Source of the DNA: Deltaproteobacteria bacterium
Lineage (GTDB): Bacteria > Myxococcota_A > Polyangia > Polyangiales > Houyiibacteriaceae
DNA: 64,000 bases
Reading direction: 5' to 3'
Assembly (NCBI GenBank): GCA_013151775.1
Contig: JAADHO010000118.1
Coordinates: 988 to 64,987 of the forward strand
Below the pieces are notes generated by a model. It ran no database searches, was not told where the DNA came from, and saw nothing but the letters and a program-made list of their open reading frames with translations. Below, piece after piece: positions 8,384 to 17,906 of this stretch. Numbering within the stretch: position 1 is the first letter of the stretch; every line of letters begins with the position of its first letter. A program made the position numbers and the translations under genes.

Positions 8384-11251
8384 TCAGAGCCGCTGTAGAC
8401 GCCCCGCGTTCGTGACGAGCGGGCTCCCCCCTGGACTCAGCGGCGCCTCGCTGACCGTGTCGGGCACGCTGCCGCGAGTCGGCACGAGATGCTCGGAGAC
8501 GCCGGGCAAGAGCTGCAGGCCGCGCAGACCGCCCTGCCCGTCGCTCAGCCCGACGAGCACACCGTCCGCGTCGAAGCGATCCACGAACACGTCCGTCAAC
8601 CCGTCGGAGTCGAGATCGCCCACCCAGACGAGCGGCGAAGGGAAGGTGGCGGGCAAGGGCAGGGAGGCGAGCTCGTGCACCATCAAGCCCTGTGCCCCGA
8701 GGTACCAGAGGCGCAACGTGAGCAGACCCTCCTCACGCCGGACGCTGATCCATTGCTGGCCGTCCCGCCCGAGGAAGTGGCCCATGGCGACGGGCCGGTC
8801 TCCGCCCTCACACGCATGGCCCACGCGGGACACGTCCACCTCCTGGCCCTCGACGCGGTCGACGCTAGCGACGACCAGGCGGGGCGCAGCGCATGGGTCA
8901 CTCCGACGCTCCACCCAGGCAACCCAGCGGGCGTCGGCCACCTCGGCGACAGGCTCGCCCGGAAGCGAGAACGCAGGGGCGGTCGCGGAGAACACGCGCA
9001 GCGAGGAGCGAGCACCCGTCGGGAGACCGTCCACGACGCCGAGGGGGCTGACCGAGACCTGGTCACTCCCACCGTCTGCGACTCGCCTCAGATCCTCGAG
9101 GCTGCCCTCCTGCACCTCGACTTCACCGGATCTATTCGCGACGAGCCAGACGATGCTGTGCGCAGGGCCGACGAACACACCCATGGGGACCCCTCCCGTG
9201 GCGAGCCGCACTCCCAGCGGAGCGACCGCATCTCCCTGCTGGAGGCGGGCTACCCAAAGATCCGCGCCGTCCTCGAACATGGCGAAGAGACCCAGTGGTC
9301 CGGGACCAAGCACCCAGCTCGTGCGCGCCGCAAGCCCCGCGTCCTGCAATGCCAGACGCGCCACGGGATCGGCCTCTCCATCGGCTAGCAGGGCGAGCTG
9401 GGGAGAGCCCTCGCCCGTGTACGCCAGCCCGAGGTCGTAGGCGACGAAGCCTCCGAGGCGGGCCCGCACGAGGGAGAAGGCGCAGCTCCGGCCGTCTGCG
9501 CAGCTCGCGGCCTGCGGCACATGCGTGAGAGCCAGGCGTGTCGAGGCGACGCTGGCCCATGTCCTCAGCTCGCCGGAGCTCGTCTCCGGGAGCGCGTCGA
9601 CCGTCAGCGGGATGGTGAGCTGCGGAAGGATCGGATCCTCCGTACCCGGCGGCACGCCGACGCTCCCCTGGAGATCATACGAGAGCCAGGTCGCGGGCAG
9701 GCCCGGGTTGGGCGACGCGGCCATCCAGAGGCTCCCCTGATCGCCGCGCCAATCGGGTAGGCCTTGCCATCGGCTAGGCGTGCCGAGCGCGCACGCGCCC
9801 GTGGTCGCCGCGCCGGCGAGGGGTCGGCGCCCCGTGCTGTCGAGGAGAGGCGCGAGGTGGAGCGCCCGGCCCGCGCTGGAGACGAAGTAGGCTTGCCCCC
9901 AGAGGCCTCCGCCAGCCGTCCGCGGTCGCTCGGTCAAGACGAACCCTCCGGGCGCGGGACCGAGTTGCCAGCAATGACGCCACGGCGAGGCGACGTACTC
10001 TGCGCTCTGTTCCGCGGAACCGGAGCGCAGGGTCGTGAGAACCACCTGCTCGGGACGGCCCGCGCTGCGGCGCAGTGACCAGCTCACGAACTCGGCGCTG
10101 CCAACCCCTCGCCGAGCGTCGCCCGCGGCGTCGCCCGAGCGCGTGATCCCCAGGAACGAGGCGCCCACCAAGAAAGACTCCGGAGTGACGCCAAGCCAGG
10201 TCGCGGCGGGTTCGGAAAAGCTCGCGTCGAGGCCGGAGCTGCCCGTGAAGAGCTGCGCCGCGTTCCAGCGTAGGCTGCCATCCGCGGCGTGCTCGACATA
10301 TAGCCAGACGGGGTGTGGAGGCGCTTCGGGAGAGTCGCCTCGCAGCAGCTCCATCGCCGCGAGTTGAGCCAGAGGGTGGGCGTCCAGGGCGTCCTCCTTC
10401 AAGAGCCGCGACTCTCCGAGCCTGTGCTCCAAGATCGGCACGATGACGCTGTCGAAATGCGCGTCGGGCTCCGAGGTGACGCCCCACCAGAGGGCGAAGG
10501 GCAAGCCCGACTCGCTCTCGATCACGCTCAGCTCCTGCCGCGCGAACGACGTGTGCCGAGTGCCCAGCCACACGGACACCCCCGTGCGTTCGAGCGTTCC
10601 GTCGGGTAGGCGGTCGAGCCGAAGGACGTCCAAGCTCCCGTCATTCACGCTGGCGTGCAGCTCGACGTGACCCGCCCCAAGCTTCAAGAGTTGGGGCGGA
10701 TCACAAGAGCAGACGCCGCCCTCGAAGGGACCCCGCTGAACCCGCCCACGTCCATCGCGGCAGGTCAGGAAGCAGCTCGCCGTGACGGGAGCAGCGTAGC
10801 GCTCCACCAAGGTCGCATCCGCGTCGTGCATGTAGAGCATGCCCGAGGCCAGCTCGAGGGAAGGGCGCAGGCGGTCGACGATGGAGACGGCGCCGAGGTT
10901 TCCGCCGGCGGCGGTGGGCGAGGTCGGCATCAGCTCGAGCCGCGTCGTCAGCGTGCCGTCTGCTTCGAGCGTGATCTCGGAAGGCTCGAATTGACGCTGC
11001 TGCGTCCCCACCACACCGAGGTCGAGGTCGGGCAAGCGGAGGCGCAGCGACTCGAGGGAATCGTCGACCTCACAAAGCGTACGAAACTCGACGTAGGTCC
11101 ACGCACCCACCTCGATCGTGCGAGGCGTGGCCGTGATCTCGCCGCAGCGCGACTCTGGAGGGACGCGAGCTCCGCGCCGATCCGAGCCACAACACGCCAA
11201 GAGCGACAGCAGGCCTACGGCGAGATACCTGCGGTTGACGCGAGGGAGCAT
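8384..11251 (-). CDS. large hypothetical lipoprotein with a C-terminal FG-GAP/VCBS-like segment
   Basis: The track ORF runs to 11341. I prefer the start at 11251 (MLPRVNRRYLAVGLLSLLACCGS lipoprotein signal). C-terminal VGDLDSDGLTDVFVDRFDADG. Confidence 0.6.
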   Translation of the reverse strand: MLPRVNRRYLAVGLLSLLACCGSDRRGARVPPESRCGEITATPRTIEVGAWTYVEFRTLCEVDDSLESLRLRLPDLDLGVVGTQQRQFEPSEITLEADGTLTTRLELMPTSPTAAGGNLGAVSIVDRLRPSLELASGMLYMHDADATLVERYAAPVTASCFLTCRDGRGRVQRGPFEGGVCSCDPPQLLKLGAGHVELHASVNDGSLDVLRLDRLPDGTLERTGVSVWLGTRHTSFARQELSVIESESGLPFALWWGVTSEPDAHFDSVIVPILEHRLGESRLLKEDALDAHPLAQLAAMELLRGDSPEAPPHPVWLYVEHAADGSLRWNAAQLFTGSSGLDASFSEPAATWLGVTPESFLVGASFLGITRSGDAAGDARRGVGSAEFVSWSLRRSAGRPEQVVLTTLRSGSAEQSAEYVASPWRHCWQLGPAPGGFVLTERPRTAGGGLWGQAYFVSSAGRALHLAPLLDSTGRRPLAGAATTGACALGTPSRWQGLPDWRGDQGSLWMAASPNPGLPATWLSYDLQGSVGVPPGTEDPILPQLTIPLTVDALPETSSGELRTWASVASTRLALTHVPQAASCADGRSCAFSLVRARLGGFVAYDLGLAYTGEGSPQLALLADGEADPVARLALQDAGLAARTSWVLGPGPLGLFAMFEDGADLWVARLQQGDAVAPLGVRLATGGVPMGVFVGPAHSIVWLVANRSGEVEVQEGSLEDLRRVADGGSDQVSVSPLGVVDGLPTGARSSLRVFSATAPAFSLPGEPVAEVADARWVAWVERRSDPCAAPRLVVASVDRVEGQEVDVSRVGHACEGGDRPVAMGHFLGRDGQQWISVRREEGLLTLRLWYLGAQGLMVHELASLPLPATFPSPLVWVGDLDSDGLTDVFVDRFDADGVLVGLSDGQGGLRGLQLLPGVSEHLVPTRGSVPDTVSEAPLSPGGSPLVTNAGRLQRL

Positions 11252-11443
11252 CATCCCCCACATACTCATCCCCTCGACTACCCTCATCATCTCTCCTCTC
11301 GCAGCTTTGCTCAAGGTGAACGCAGTCCTGCTCAGCGTCAAGAGACGAGAGGAAACTCGCCGGAGAATCGCTGTCGGCCGAGCAGCTCGAACGCGTCGGT
11401 CTCGAGGCGGCGCTCACTCGCCCTCGGACATGAACCCCCGAGC

Positions 11444-14257
11444 TCACCCCTGCGCCGAGTGGGAGCTTCCCCCGTCGGCGCACACGACGCGGCGCGCGAC
11501 CCCTCCGATCCGGTAACCCGTCTCGGTGGTGGTGATGCGCCGTGGATCGCTCGGGTCCTCTTCGATCAGCTCGCGGAGCTTGCGCACGCTCATGTACACG
11601 CGCGGGTCGTGCCGAGATGGGTGGTACTGATTGTCGCCCCACACATCCAAGATCAGCTGCTCCTTGGACATATCGCCTCGGCGGACGAGTGCGTCGACCA
11701 GGCGAAACAAGAGCGGCCGCTTCGCCATCTCGACGACCCTGCCGTCACTCAACCAGACGCGAGAAGATCGAGCGTCCACTCCCCAGCCCGGCAGCCAGCG
11801 CGCGTCGACCTGCGGAGGACTCGCGATCTCGAGCCCCGAGGCCCTGCGCATGGCGGCCACCACCAGCACGTCGAGCTGATCGAGGGGCGGGTTTGCTCCC
11901 AGCAACGCGCGGGCTCTGCGCGAGGTTGGGGGTGTGGTCGCGCTCGCGCTCTGGGCTACCCGCTCGAGCACCGAGGGCTCGGCGAAACCACCGCGAAGGA
12001 CGGCCGCCAGCGCGGTGCCGCGGGAGCGGGTGCGTTGGCCGAGCTCCACCAGCTGATGGATCAGCTCCTCCTCGGGACCGGTCTCCTCCGCCAGGAGCAG
12101 AGCGTCGAGCAGCACCACGATCGCGTCGACCCGCGCGAGGACCTCTCCTCGACGACGTGCGAGCTCGACCGCGGCGTGCGCCTCCATCACTGCTGCGGCC
12201 GAGTCTCCGGCGATCATCGCACGCTCGGCCAGCCACAGCCGCCGATCGACCGAGGCGATGGCCGGTGGTGGCGGCGAGCAGACTCCGTGCCGCTGGCTCC
12301 AACGTTGAAACGTGACCCGCTCTTGTTCACCGCTGGGTGGTGGACCTCCCGCCTGCATGCCGACTCGGTCGCGCAGACTCGCGAGCCGCTCAGCCAACAC
12401 CACGTCGATGGAGGACGCCTCCTTGCAGGCCAGCTCGAGCCGAGCGCCGAGCCCTGAGAGCTCTCCTGTCAGCAGCGCCCGCGTGGCGGCGACCTCCGTG
12501 ACGTGCGGTCGCAAGAGCGAGGCCGTGCGAGTGAAAGGCCGCAGGGAGTCGAGGATCTCCTTGGTTTCGCGCAGCTCCCCTCGCGCGACGTGAATGCGCC
12601 CCCTCAACAAGAGCGCCTGCCGGCTCACCAGATGCGTGGTGTGCTGACCCCGAGGCGTAGCCAGCAACTCATCCAAGGTCGCGATGGCCTCCGAGGTTCG
12701 CCCGAGCAGATACAGAGCCGAGGCGAGATCGTGCATCGCCTCTGGATCCCTGCTGCCAGACAGCTGACCGAGCTCGGCCTCGACGTCGCGTTCGTCTCGA
12801 TGAACATGGCAGAGCAGGCTCAGGGCCTGCACGCGCTCGCTCGAGCGAGCTTCCGCACCCAGAGTAGCCAGCACCTCCAGCGCGCGAGCCGCGCCGTGGA
12901 GACGCAAGCAGCAGCGCGCCTGCAACGAGATGGCGGCCTCCACCAGGCTCTCGTCAGCCTGCTCACGCGCGCTCTCCGCCAGCTCTTCGGCCAGCGCCAG
13001 CGCGCCTGGCAGATTCCCACGGGCGTAGAGCGTGTGGGCCCAAGCCAGCTGATCACGCGTCGACGGATCAGACGCGGGGTGCACCGCGCTGAGCGCCGTC
13101 GGATTGCCTAACTCGGCCGCACAGCGCATCTGCGACGCGGCGAGACGTGGGTCACGCACGTCTCGGATCGCGGCCCAGAGCCGAGGCGCTTGCCCACAGG
13201 CCAAGAGCTGTTCGCAGGTCTCCCCGAGCCGTTCGACGACGGCGTCCAGCCGGCCCGCGGCCAGCAGGTGGCGAAGGGCGTTCACGCGCTCGGCAGGTCC
13301 GAGCTCTCCAAGAACAGCGGCCGCCCGCTGATGAAGCTCAGCTCGAACGTCTTCGCCGAGGGATCCCGAGAAGAGCGTCGCGACCAGGTCGTGAATGCGC
13401 ACCCCCACGCTGTCGCGGACCATCAACCCGCGACGCTCCAGAGCCTCGAGGGTATCGTCCGCGGGTAGGCTGACGATCTGCCTGAGCAGGTCGAGAGAGG
13501 TGGGTCCGCGAAGCACCGCGAGCGCGCCCAGGAACGGCCCCGCGTCCTGGTCGAGACCCTCGACGAGCTGCTGTCGGCTGGTGGCGACGCCCGCGTGACC
13601 GGTCTCGAGGAACTGGGACAGCAGCCATGGCGAGCCCGACGCCACGGACACGGCTCGGTGCAGGCTGCCGTCCGGCGCGTCTGGGTAGAGCGCGCGGGCG
13701 AGGTCCATCAGGTCGGCGTCATCGAGACCCTCGACGGCCAACGTCTGGCCGGCGAGCCGCCCGAGGCGGAGCGGCCTGCGGCTGCTAGCGATCCAGCGAC
13801 TCTCGCGCGCGTACGAGCCGAGCGTGCTGAGCATCTCCGCCGCCTCGAGACCGTCGACGCGATGCAAATCCTCGAGCACGACCCAGACGCCCGCGTCCTC
13901 CGCGAGGTCGATCAGCGCCTGGGTGAGGTGGATGGGATCCCCGGCGACCTCCGCCATATTCCAGGGCTGGTGCGCCAGGCGGGCGAGCACCTGCCCCAGG
14001 TCGAACTGCGCCTGGCGCAGCGGCTCCTCTGACGGAAAGGAGAAGCGGACCGTTCGCAGCAACGCGTCCGGAAACGAGCTCTTGAGCACGGTCGCAAGGA
14101 GGGCGGATTTCCCGATCCCAGCGGGCCCCGTCACGAGCGCTACCGGCGCCCGCTCGATGGCGGCGGCCAACCACTCGGACTCCGCCTGCCTGCCGACGAA
14201 CACGGACGGAGGGTTCTCCACGCGGAACTGGAGCGGGAGTCGGGGACGCGCTGCCAT
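11444..14257 (-). CDS. STAND/AAA ATPase with TPR-like repeats and a C-terminal OmpR/PhoB-type winged-helix domain
   Basis: Walker A VTGPAGIGKSALL near the N-terminus. Long helical repeat region. C-terminal trans_reg_C-like LLFRLVDALVRRGDMSKEQLILDVWG...VYMSVRKLRELI...GYRIG. Confidence 0.75.
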   Translation of the reverse strand: MAARPRLPLQFRVENPPSVFVGRQAESEWLAAAIERAPVALVTGPAGIGKSALLATVLKSSFPDALLRTVRFSFPSEEPLRQAQFDLGQVLARLAHQPWNMAEVAGDPIHLTQALIDLAEDAGVWVVLEDLHRVDGLEAAEMLSTLGSYARESRWIASSRRPLRLGRLAGQTLAVEGLDDADLMDLARALYPDAPDGSLHRAVSVASGSPWLLSQFLETGHAGVATSRQQLVEGLDQDAGPFLGALAVLRGPTSLDLLRQIVSLPADDTLEALERRGLMVRDSVGVRIHDLVATLFSGSLGEDVRAELHQRAAAVLGELGPAERVNALRHLLAAGRLDAVVERLGETCEQLLACGQAPRLWAAIRDVRDPRLAASQMRCAAELGNPTALSAVHPASDPSTRDQLAWAHTLYARGNLPGALALAEELAESAREQADESLVEAAISLQARCCLRLHGAARALEVLATLGAEARSSERVQALSLLCHVHRDERDVEAELGQLSGSRDPEAMHDLASALYLLGRTSEAIATLDELLATPRGQHTTHLVSRQALLLRGRIHVARGELRETKEILDSLRPFTRTASLLRPHVTEVAATRALLTGELSGLGARLELACKEASSIDVVLAERLASLRDRVGMQAGGPPPSGEQERVTFQRWSQRHGVCSPPPPAIASVDRRLWLAERAMIAGDSAAAVMEAHAAVELARRRGEVLARVDAIVVLLDALLLAEETGPEEELIHQLVELGQRTRSRGTALAAVLRGGFAEPSVLERVAQSASATTPPTSRRARALLGANPPLDQLDVLVVAAMRRASGLEIASPPQVDARWLPGWGVDARSSRVWLSDGRVVEMAKRPLLFRLVDALVRRGDMSKEQLILDVWGDNQYHPSRHDPRVYMSVRKLRELIEEDPSDPRRITTTETGYRIGGVARRVVCADGGSSHSAQG

Positions 14258-14287
14258 CGCCTGAACTCTAGCAGGCCACCACGCAGA

Positions 14288-15955
14288 TCAATTGAACCTT
14301 CGCCAGGCGCGTCGACCCGGGTCAGCGGCCATGTCGCTGTTGCTCGCAGGGGGCGGCCTATCGGCCGCGGGTGCGCCCATCGAATCGGCCGCGGACGCCG
14401 CCATGGAATTCCGCCTTGGGCGCCGCCTCGAGTGCCGCCCCGAGTGCCGCCCAGAAGCCATACTCGAAGCAGGATCGGCGACCTCGGGTGCGGAGTCCTC
14501 GCCGGTTGCGAGTTCGGGCGGCGGGACCTCTTCGGGGATCGGGACCAGCGCGATTCGAATGGTGCGATCGCGATCCAGAACCACCTGCGAGTCGCTGGTG
14601 CGATATCCATCCATCTCCAGGCGAAGAGCCGCAGGCTCGGCGCTCGCCGGCAGGCTGACCTCGACGGGGGTGACGCCTTGCAACGCTCCGCCCACATACA
14701 CACGAGCGCCCGGCGGCTCGCTCTCGAGACTCAAATCTACCGCGTCGTCATGCGCCGGCGCCGCTGCATCCACCACTGGCGCGGCCTCCACGATCTGAGC
14801 CTCTGGAGCGCGCCACAGGAAGGTCGCCAGAGCCACCGCGCCCGCCACTCCAAGGGCCGCACTACCGACCATCCACCCGTGACGTGTCTTCTGCGGTCTG
14901 AAATTCTTCAAGTCGACGACTACGGACGGAATCTCTACGGCTTGGTCGACCTCCGCAGCCGGCACGTGGCTGGGAGTGAACCCGTCTTGCAAACGCCGCA
15001 TCATCTCTTGCTTCTCGCTGATACGGTCGGGAAACAGCTCGTTCATCAGCTTGGCGAGAGACTCGGCGAAGAGGGTCGGACCCTGAAGCGCAGGCAGGAT
15101 CTCGAGAATTGCGCGCTGCATCTCCCTCGCCGTGCTGAAACGTTCATCGGGATCGCGCTGAAGGGCTTTGAGGCAGATCGCCTCGAGGCTGCGCGGGTAC
15201 TCCGGATCGAAGACAGAGGGTGGCAGGACTGGATCGTCGTTGACCGCCTGCAGAGTGGCGGGTTGATTGCCGCGCCTGAACAAGGATCGCTGGGTCGACA
15301 GCTCGTACAATACGATCCCGAGCGAGAAGATGTCGCTGCGTCGATCGAGAGCCTTACCCTTCGTCTGCTCGGGCGACATATAGGCGAATTTCCCTTTGAT
15401 CAGCCCTGCGTCTGTCTTGGTCAAACGATTGGCCGCCTTGGCGATGCCAAAGTCCAGCACCTTGACCGTGCCGTCGTAGCCGACGAAGAGGTTCTCGGGG
15501 CTCACGTCCCGGTGCACCAACTCGAGGCTGTCACCGTCCGGCCCGTTGAGCTCATGCGCGGCATGAAGCCCAGCACACGCTTCCGCGACGATGTGAGCCG
15601 CGAGGGCGTAGTCGAGACTCTCGTTCAGCGAGCGCAGCCGGCGATTCACGCCTGCGGCAGACTCCCCCTCGAGGTACTCCATCACTTGGAAGAGCTCGTC
15701 ATCTTCCTGATGCAGCGCGAAGACCTGGGAGACGTTGGGATGTCCGATGCGCGCTGCGATCCGGCCTTCGTCGAGGAACATGTCGACGAATTCCGTGAGG
15801 TTCGCCAAATGCGGCAAGATCCGCTTGATCACGACCGCCCGCTCGAAGCCTCCTGGACCCACCCTGCGGGCCAGCAAAATCTCGGCCATCCCGCCCATCG
15901 CCAGGTTGCCGACAATCTCATATCCACCGAGGTGTCGTGGTAGTGTTCGGGACAT
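14288..15955 (-). CDS. Hanks-type Ser/Thr protein kinase
   Basis: Start at MSRTLPRHLGGYEIV (ATG 15955), 9 aa before the Gly-loop. HRDVSPENLF, DFGIAK, SPEQ. TM segment and Pro-rich tail. Confidence 0.9.
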   Translation of the reverse strand: MSRTLPRHLGGYEIVGNLAMGGMAEILLARRVGPGGFERAVVIKRILPHLANLTEFVDMFLDEGRIAARIGHPNVSQVFALHQEDDELFQVMEYLEGESAAGVNRRLRSLNESLDYALAAHIVAEACAGLHAAHELNGPDGDSLELVHRDVSPENLFVGYDGTVKVLDFGIAKAANRLTKTDAGLIKGKFAYMSPEQTKGKALDRRSDIFSLGIVLYELSTQRSLFRRGNQPATLQAVNDDPVLPPSVFDPEYPRSLEAICLKALQRDPDERFSTAREMQRAILEILPALQGPTLFAESLAKLMNELFPDRISEKQEMMRRLQDGFTPSHVPAAEVDQAVEIPSVVVDLKNFRPQKTRHGWMVGSAALGVAGAVALATFLWRAPEAQIVEAAPVVDAAAPAHDDAVDLSLESEPPGARVYVGGALQGVTPVEVSLPASAEPAALRLEMDGYRTSDSQVVLDRDRTIRIALVPIPEEVPPPELATGEDSAPEVADPASSMASGRHSGRHSRRRPRRNSMAASAADSMGAPAADRPPPASNSDMAADPGRRAWRRFN

Positions 15956-16709
15956 GAGGCGCAGTGGAAAATTGTACTTGTCTTGGGTCCTCGTCGCAAC
16001 CACGTCGGCCCTGACTCTGGTCGCCGTGGTTCCCGTGGCCGCGGCCCAAGACGAAGACGCGCCCAGCGCAGATGAGCAACGCGCCCTCGACCTGTTCATG
16101 GAAGCGGAGCGCAGCTACCAAGCGGGGCGCGTTCGCGAGTCCCTCGCCTTGCTGCTCGAGGCGCGCGAGCTCTATTTCGTACCCGTGCTGCTCTTCAACA
16201 TCGCCAGGGCCCACGAAACCTTGGGCGAGCTGGAACAAGCCAGGGCCGGCTACCAAGAATACCTCGAGGCCGATCCCGACGCGCCCGATCGCGGCGCGAT
16301 CGAGATTCGCATTCGAGCCATCGACGAGAGCCTCGCGGAGCGACAGCGGCTGGAGCACGAGCTCGAGACCGCACCCACGCGCGAACCCAACAGAGTGAAC
16401 CACATCTCGACGGTGATCGCGTCCGTGGGCGTGGCGACCTTGGGAGCGGCGATCGTCGTGGGGCTGACCGCGAGGAGCACCCGTGAGGACGCGGACAACG
16501 AGCGCAGCCAAGTGCGCGCAGTCAGCACCTTCGAGCGCGCCAAGAGCCTCGCCCGCATCGCGACGCTGCTCTATGTCGTCGGAGGGGTGCTGACCGCTGG
16601 CGGCGGAACGTGGCTGGCTATCGAGTTGGTCACCGCCGACTCCCCCGACGAGCCGAGCGCTCAGGTCTCCGTGGGCGTCGGCAGCGTGACGCTGCGCGGC
16701 AGCTTCTGA
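15954..16709 (+). CDS. TPR-like signal-peptide protein with a C-terminal TM segment
   Basis: MRRSGKLYLSWVLVATTSALTLVAVVPVAAAQ signal. TPR-like YQAGRVRESLALLLEA...ARAHETLGELEQARAGYQEYL. Its ATG overlaps the divergent kinase ATG by 2 nt. Confidence 0.65.
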   Translation: MRRSGKLYLSWVLVATTSALTLVAVVPVAAAQDEDAPSADEQRALDLFMEAERSYQAGRVRESLALLLEARELYFVPVLLFNIARAHETLGELEQARAGYQEYLEADPDAPDRGAIEIRIRAIDESLAERQRLEHELETAPTREPNRVNHISTVIASVGVATLGAAIVVGLTARSTREDADNERSQVRAVSTFERAKSLARIATLLYVVGGVLTAGGGTWLAIELVTADSPDEPSAQVSVGVGSVTLRGSF

Positions 16710-16780
16710 TCCATTGCAGCCCGGCTCCGCTGGCAGCTCCTAGACCTCATCGAGCTGTGTGTCCCCATCGCGGCACGCGC

Positions 16781-17812
16781 TCAGTATCGCACTCGCACCT
16801 CCCCGATTCGGATGCGCGACCGTTCACCCGTCGACGTGAACCTCGCGAACTGGCCACCGAGGTTGACGCGACAGAGGGGATCCGCGGTCGCGGCCTCGTA
16901 ATTCAACGCCGTGCCGTCGCCGAGCACCAGCGCCCGTAGCGGCACTTGCAGCGTGACAGCCCCAGATCCGAGAGTAAATGGGGTGAATCCATATTGAGGT
17001 GGACCAACATCACAGTCAGAATTGAACCCGATCCATATTCGCGAATAGTATGAGGGTGTCGTGCCGTCATAACTGACACGTATCTCCAGGAACGCCGACT
17101 CGAACTGTGCTGGGGTAATCGGACTGAGCGACGTCTCGATCCGCCGCAGGGTGAGGTTCTGTGAACACACGTCCACATTGTCGGGCCCGTCGCACTGCCG
17201 GTCATCTTCGTTCCGGTATTCGAGAACCCGACCCCCTGCTCCATCATCGACGGCCACCAAGGCGGGCGGTGTCATCTGGCGCGGGTCCGAGTCTCGGAAG
17301 ATCACGACCTCTGCGGGCGGCTCGGCGATGGTCGAGATGGCCGCGACATCCGAGCGAAATTCACACAGAGTCGGATCGACGATGATCAGCCGCGCCCCGT
17401 AGGTCGTCCCCGGTTCGAGACCATGGATCACCGTCTGGGTCACCACATCAGGCATCCCCGTTCTACCGAGATAATAGCCACTTAGCTCGGCATTCTCATC
17501 GGGGCCGACTGTTCGAACGTTCTCGGGATCCGCCGTGTCCCAGATCTGCACCTCATAGCGAATGAAATCGGCCGGCTCCCCCGCGGGCTGCCACTTCCAG
17601 AGGATGGCGTCGGAGGTGGCCCAGCGGGCCCGAAACGAGCTGGCGCTCACCACAGGCTCACAGGCGTTGTCGTCGAGTACGCACCGGTTGGCGGCGTCGT
17701 CGCAAACGTACCCCAAGTCCACAGCACAAGGACACGGTCTCCCCGCCAGATCGATCGACGAGAGTGTACAACCGACCTGGGTCACCAGCAGCAGCGTGAG
17801 GAGGGTGCGCAT
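16781..17812 (-). CDS. hypothetical lipoprotein with an FN3-like segment
   Basis: Start at MRTLLTLLLVTQVGC (ATG 17812). The upstream part of track ORF 16781..18151 overlaps the next gene. The segment WKWQPAGEPADFIRYEVQIW...GLEPGTTYGARL resembles FN3. Confidence 0.55.
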   Translation of the reverse strand: MRTLLTLLLVTQVGCTLSSIDLAGRPCPCAVDLGYVCDDAANRCVLDDNACEPVVSASSFRARWATSDAILWKWQPAGEPADFIRYEVQIWDTADPENVRTVGPDENAELSGYYLGRTGMPDVVTQTVIHGLEPGTTYGARLIIVDPTLCEFRSDVAAISTIAEPPAEVVIFRDSDPRQMTPPALVAVDDGAGGRVLEYRNEDDRQCDGPDNVDVCSQNLTLRRIETSLSPITPAQFESAFLEIRVSYDGTTPSYYSRIWIGFNSDCDVGPPQYGFTPFTLGSGAVTLQVPLRALVLGDGTALNYEAATADPLCRVNLGGQFARFTSTGERSRIRIGEVRVRY

Positions 17813-17906
17813 CAGGCGCCAGCGTATACGATCGCTGCGTGCTCCGCTCGCCCGGAGCGGCAGGAGGCCCACAGACGCGCGAAAGAGTGCACTTTCGGAC
17901 CGGCCA

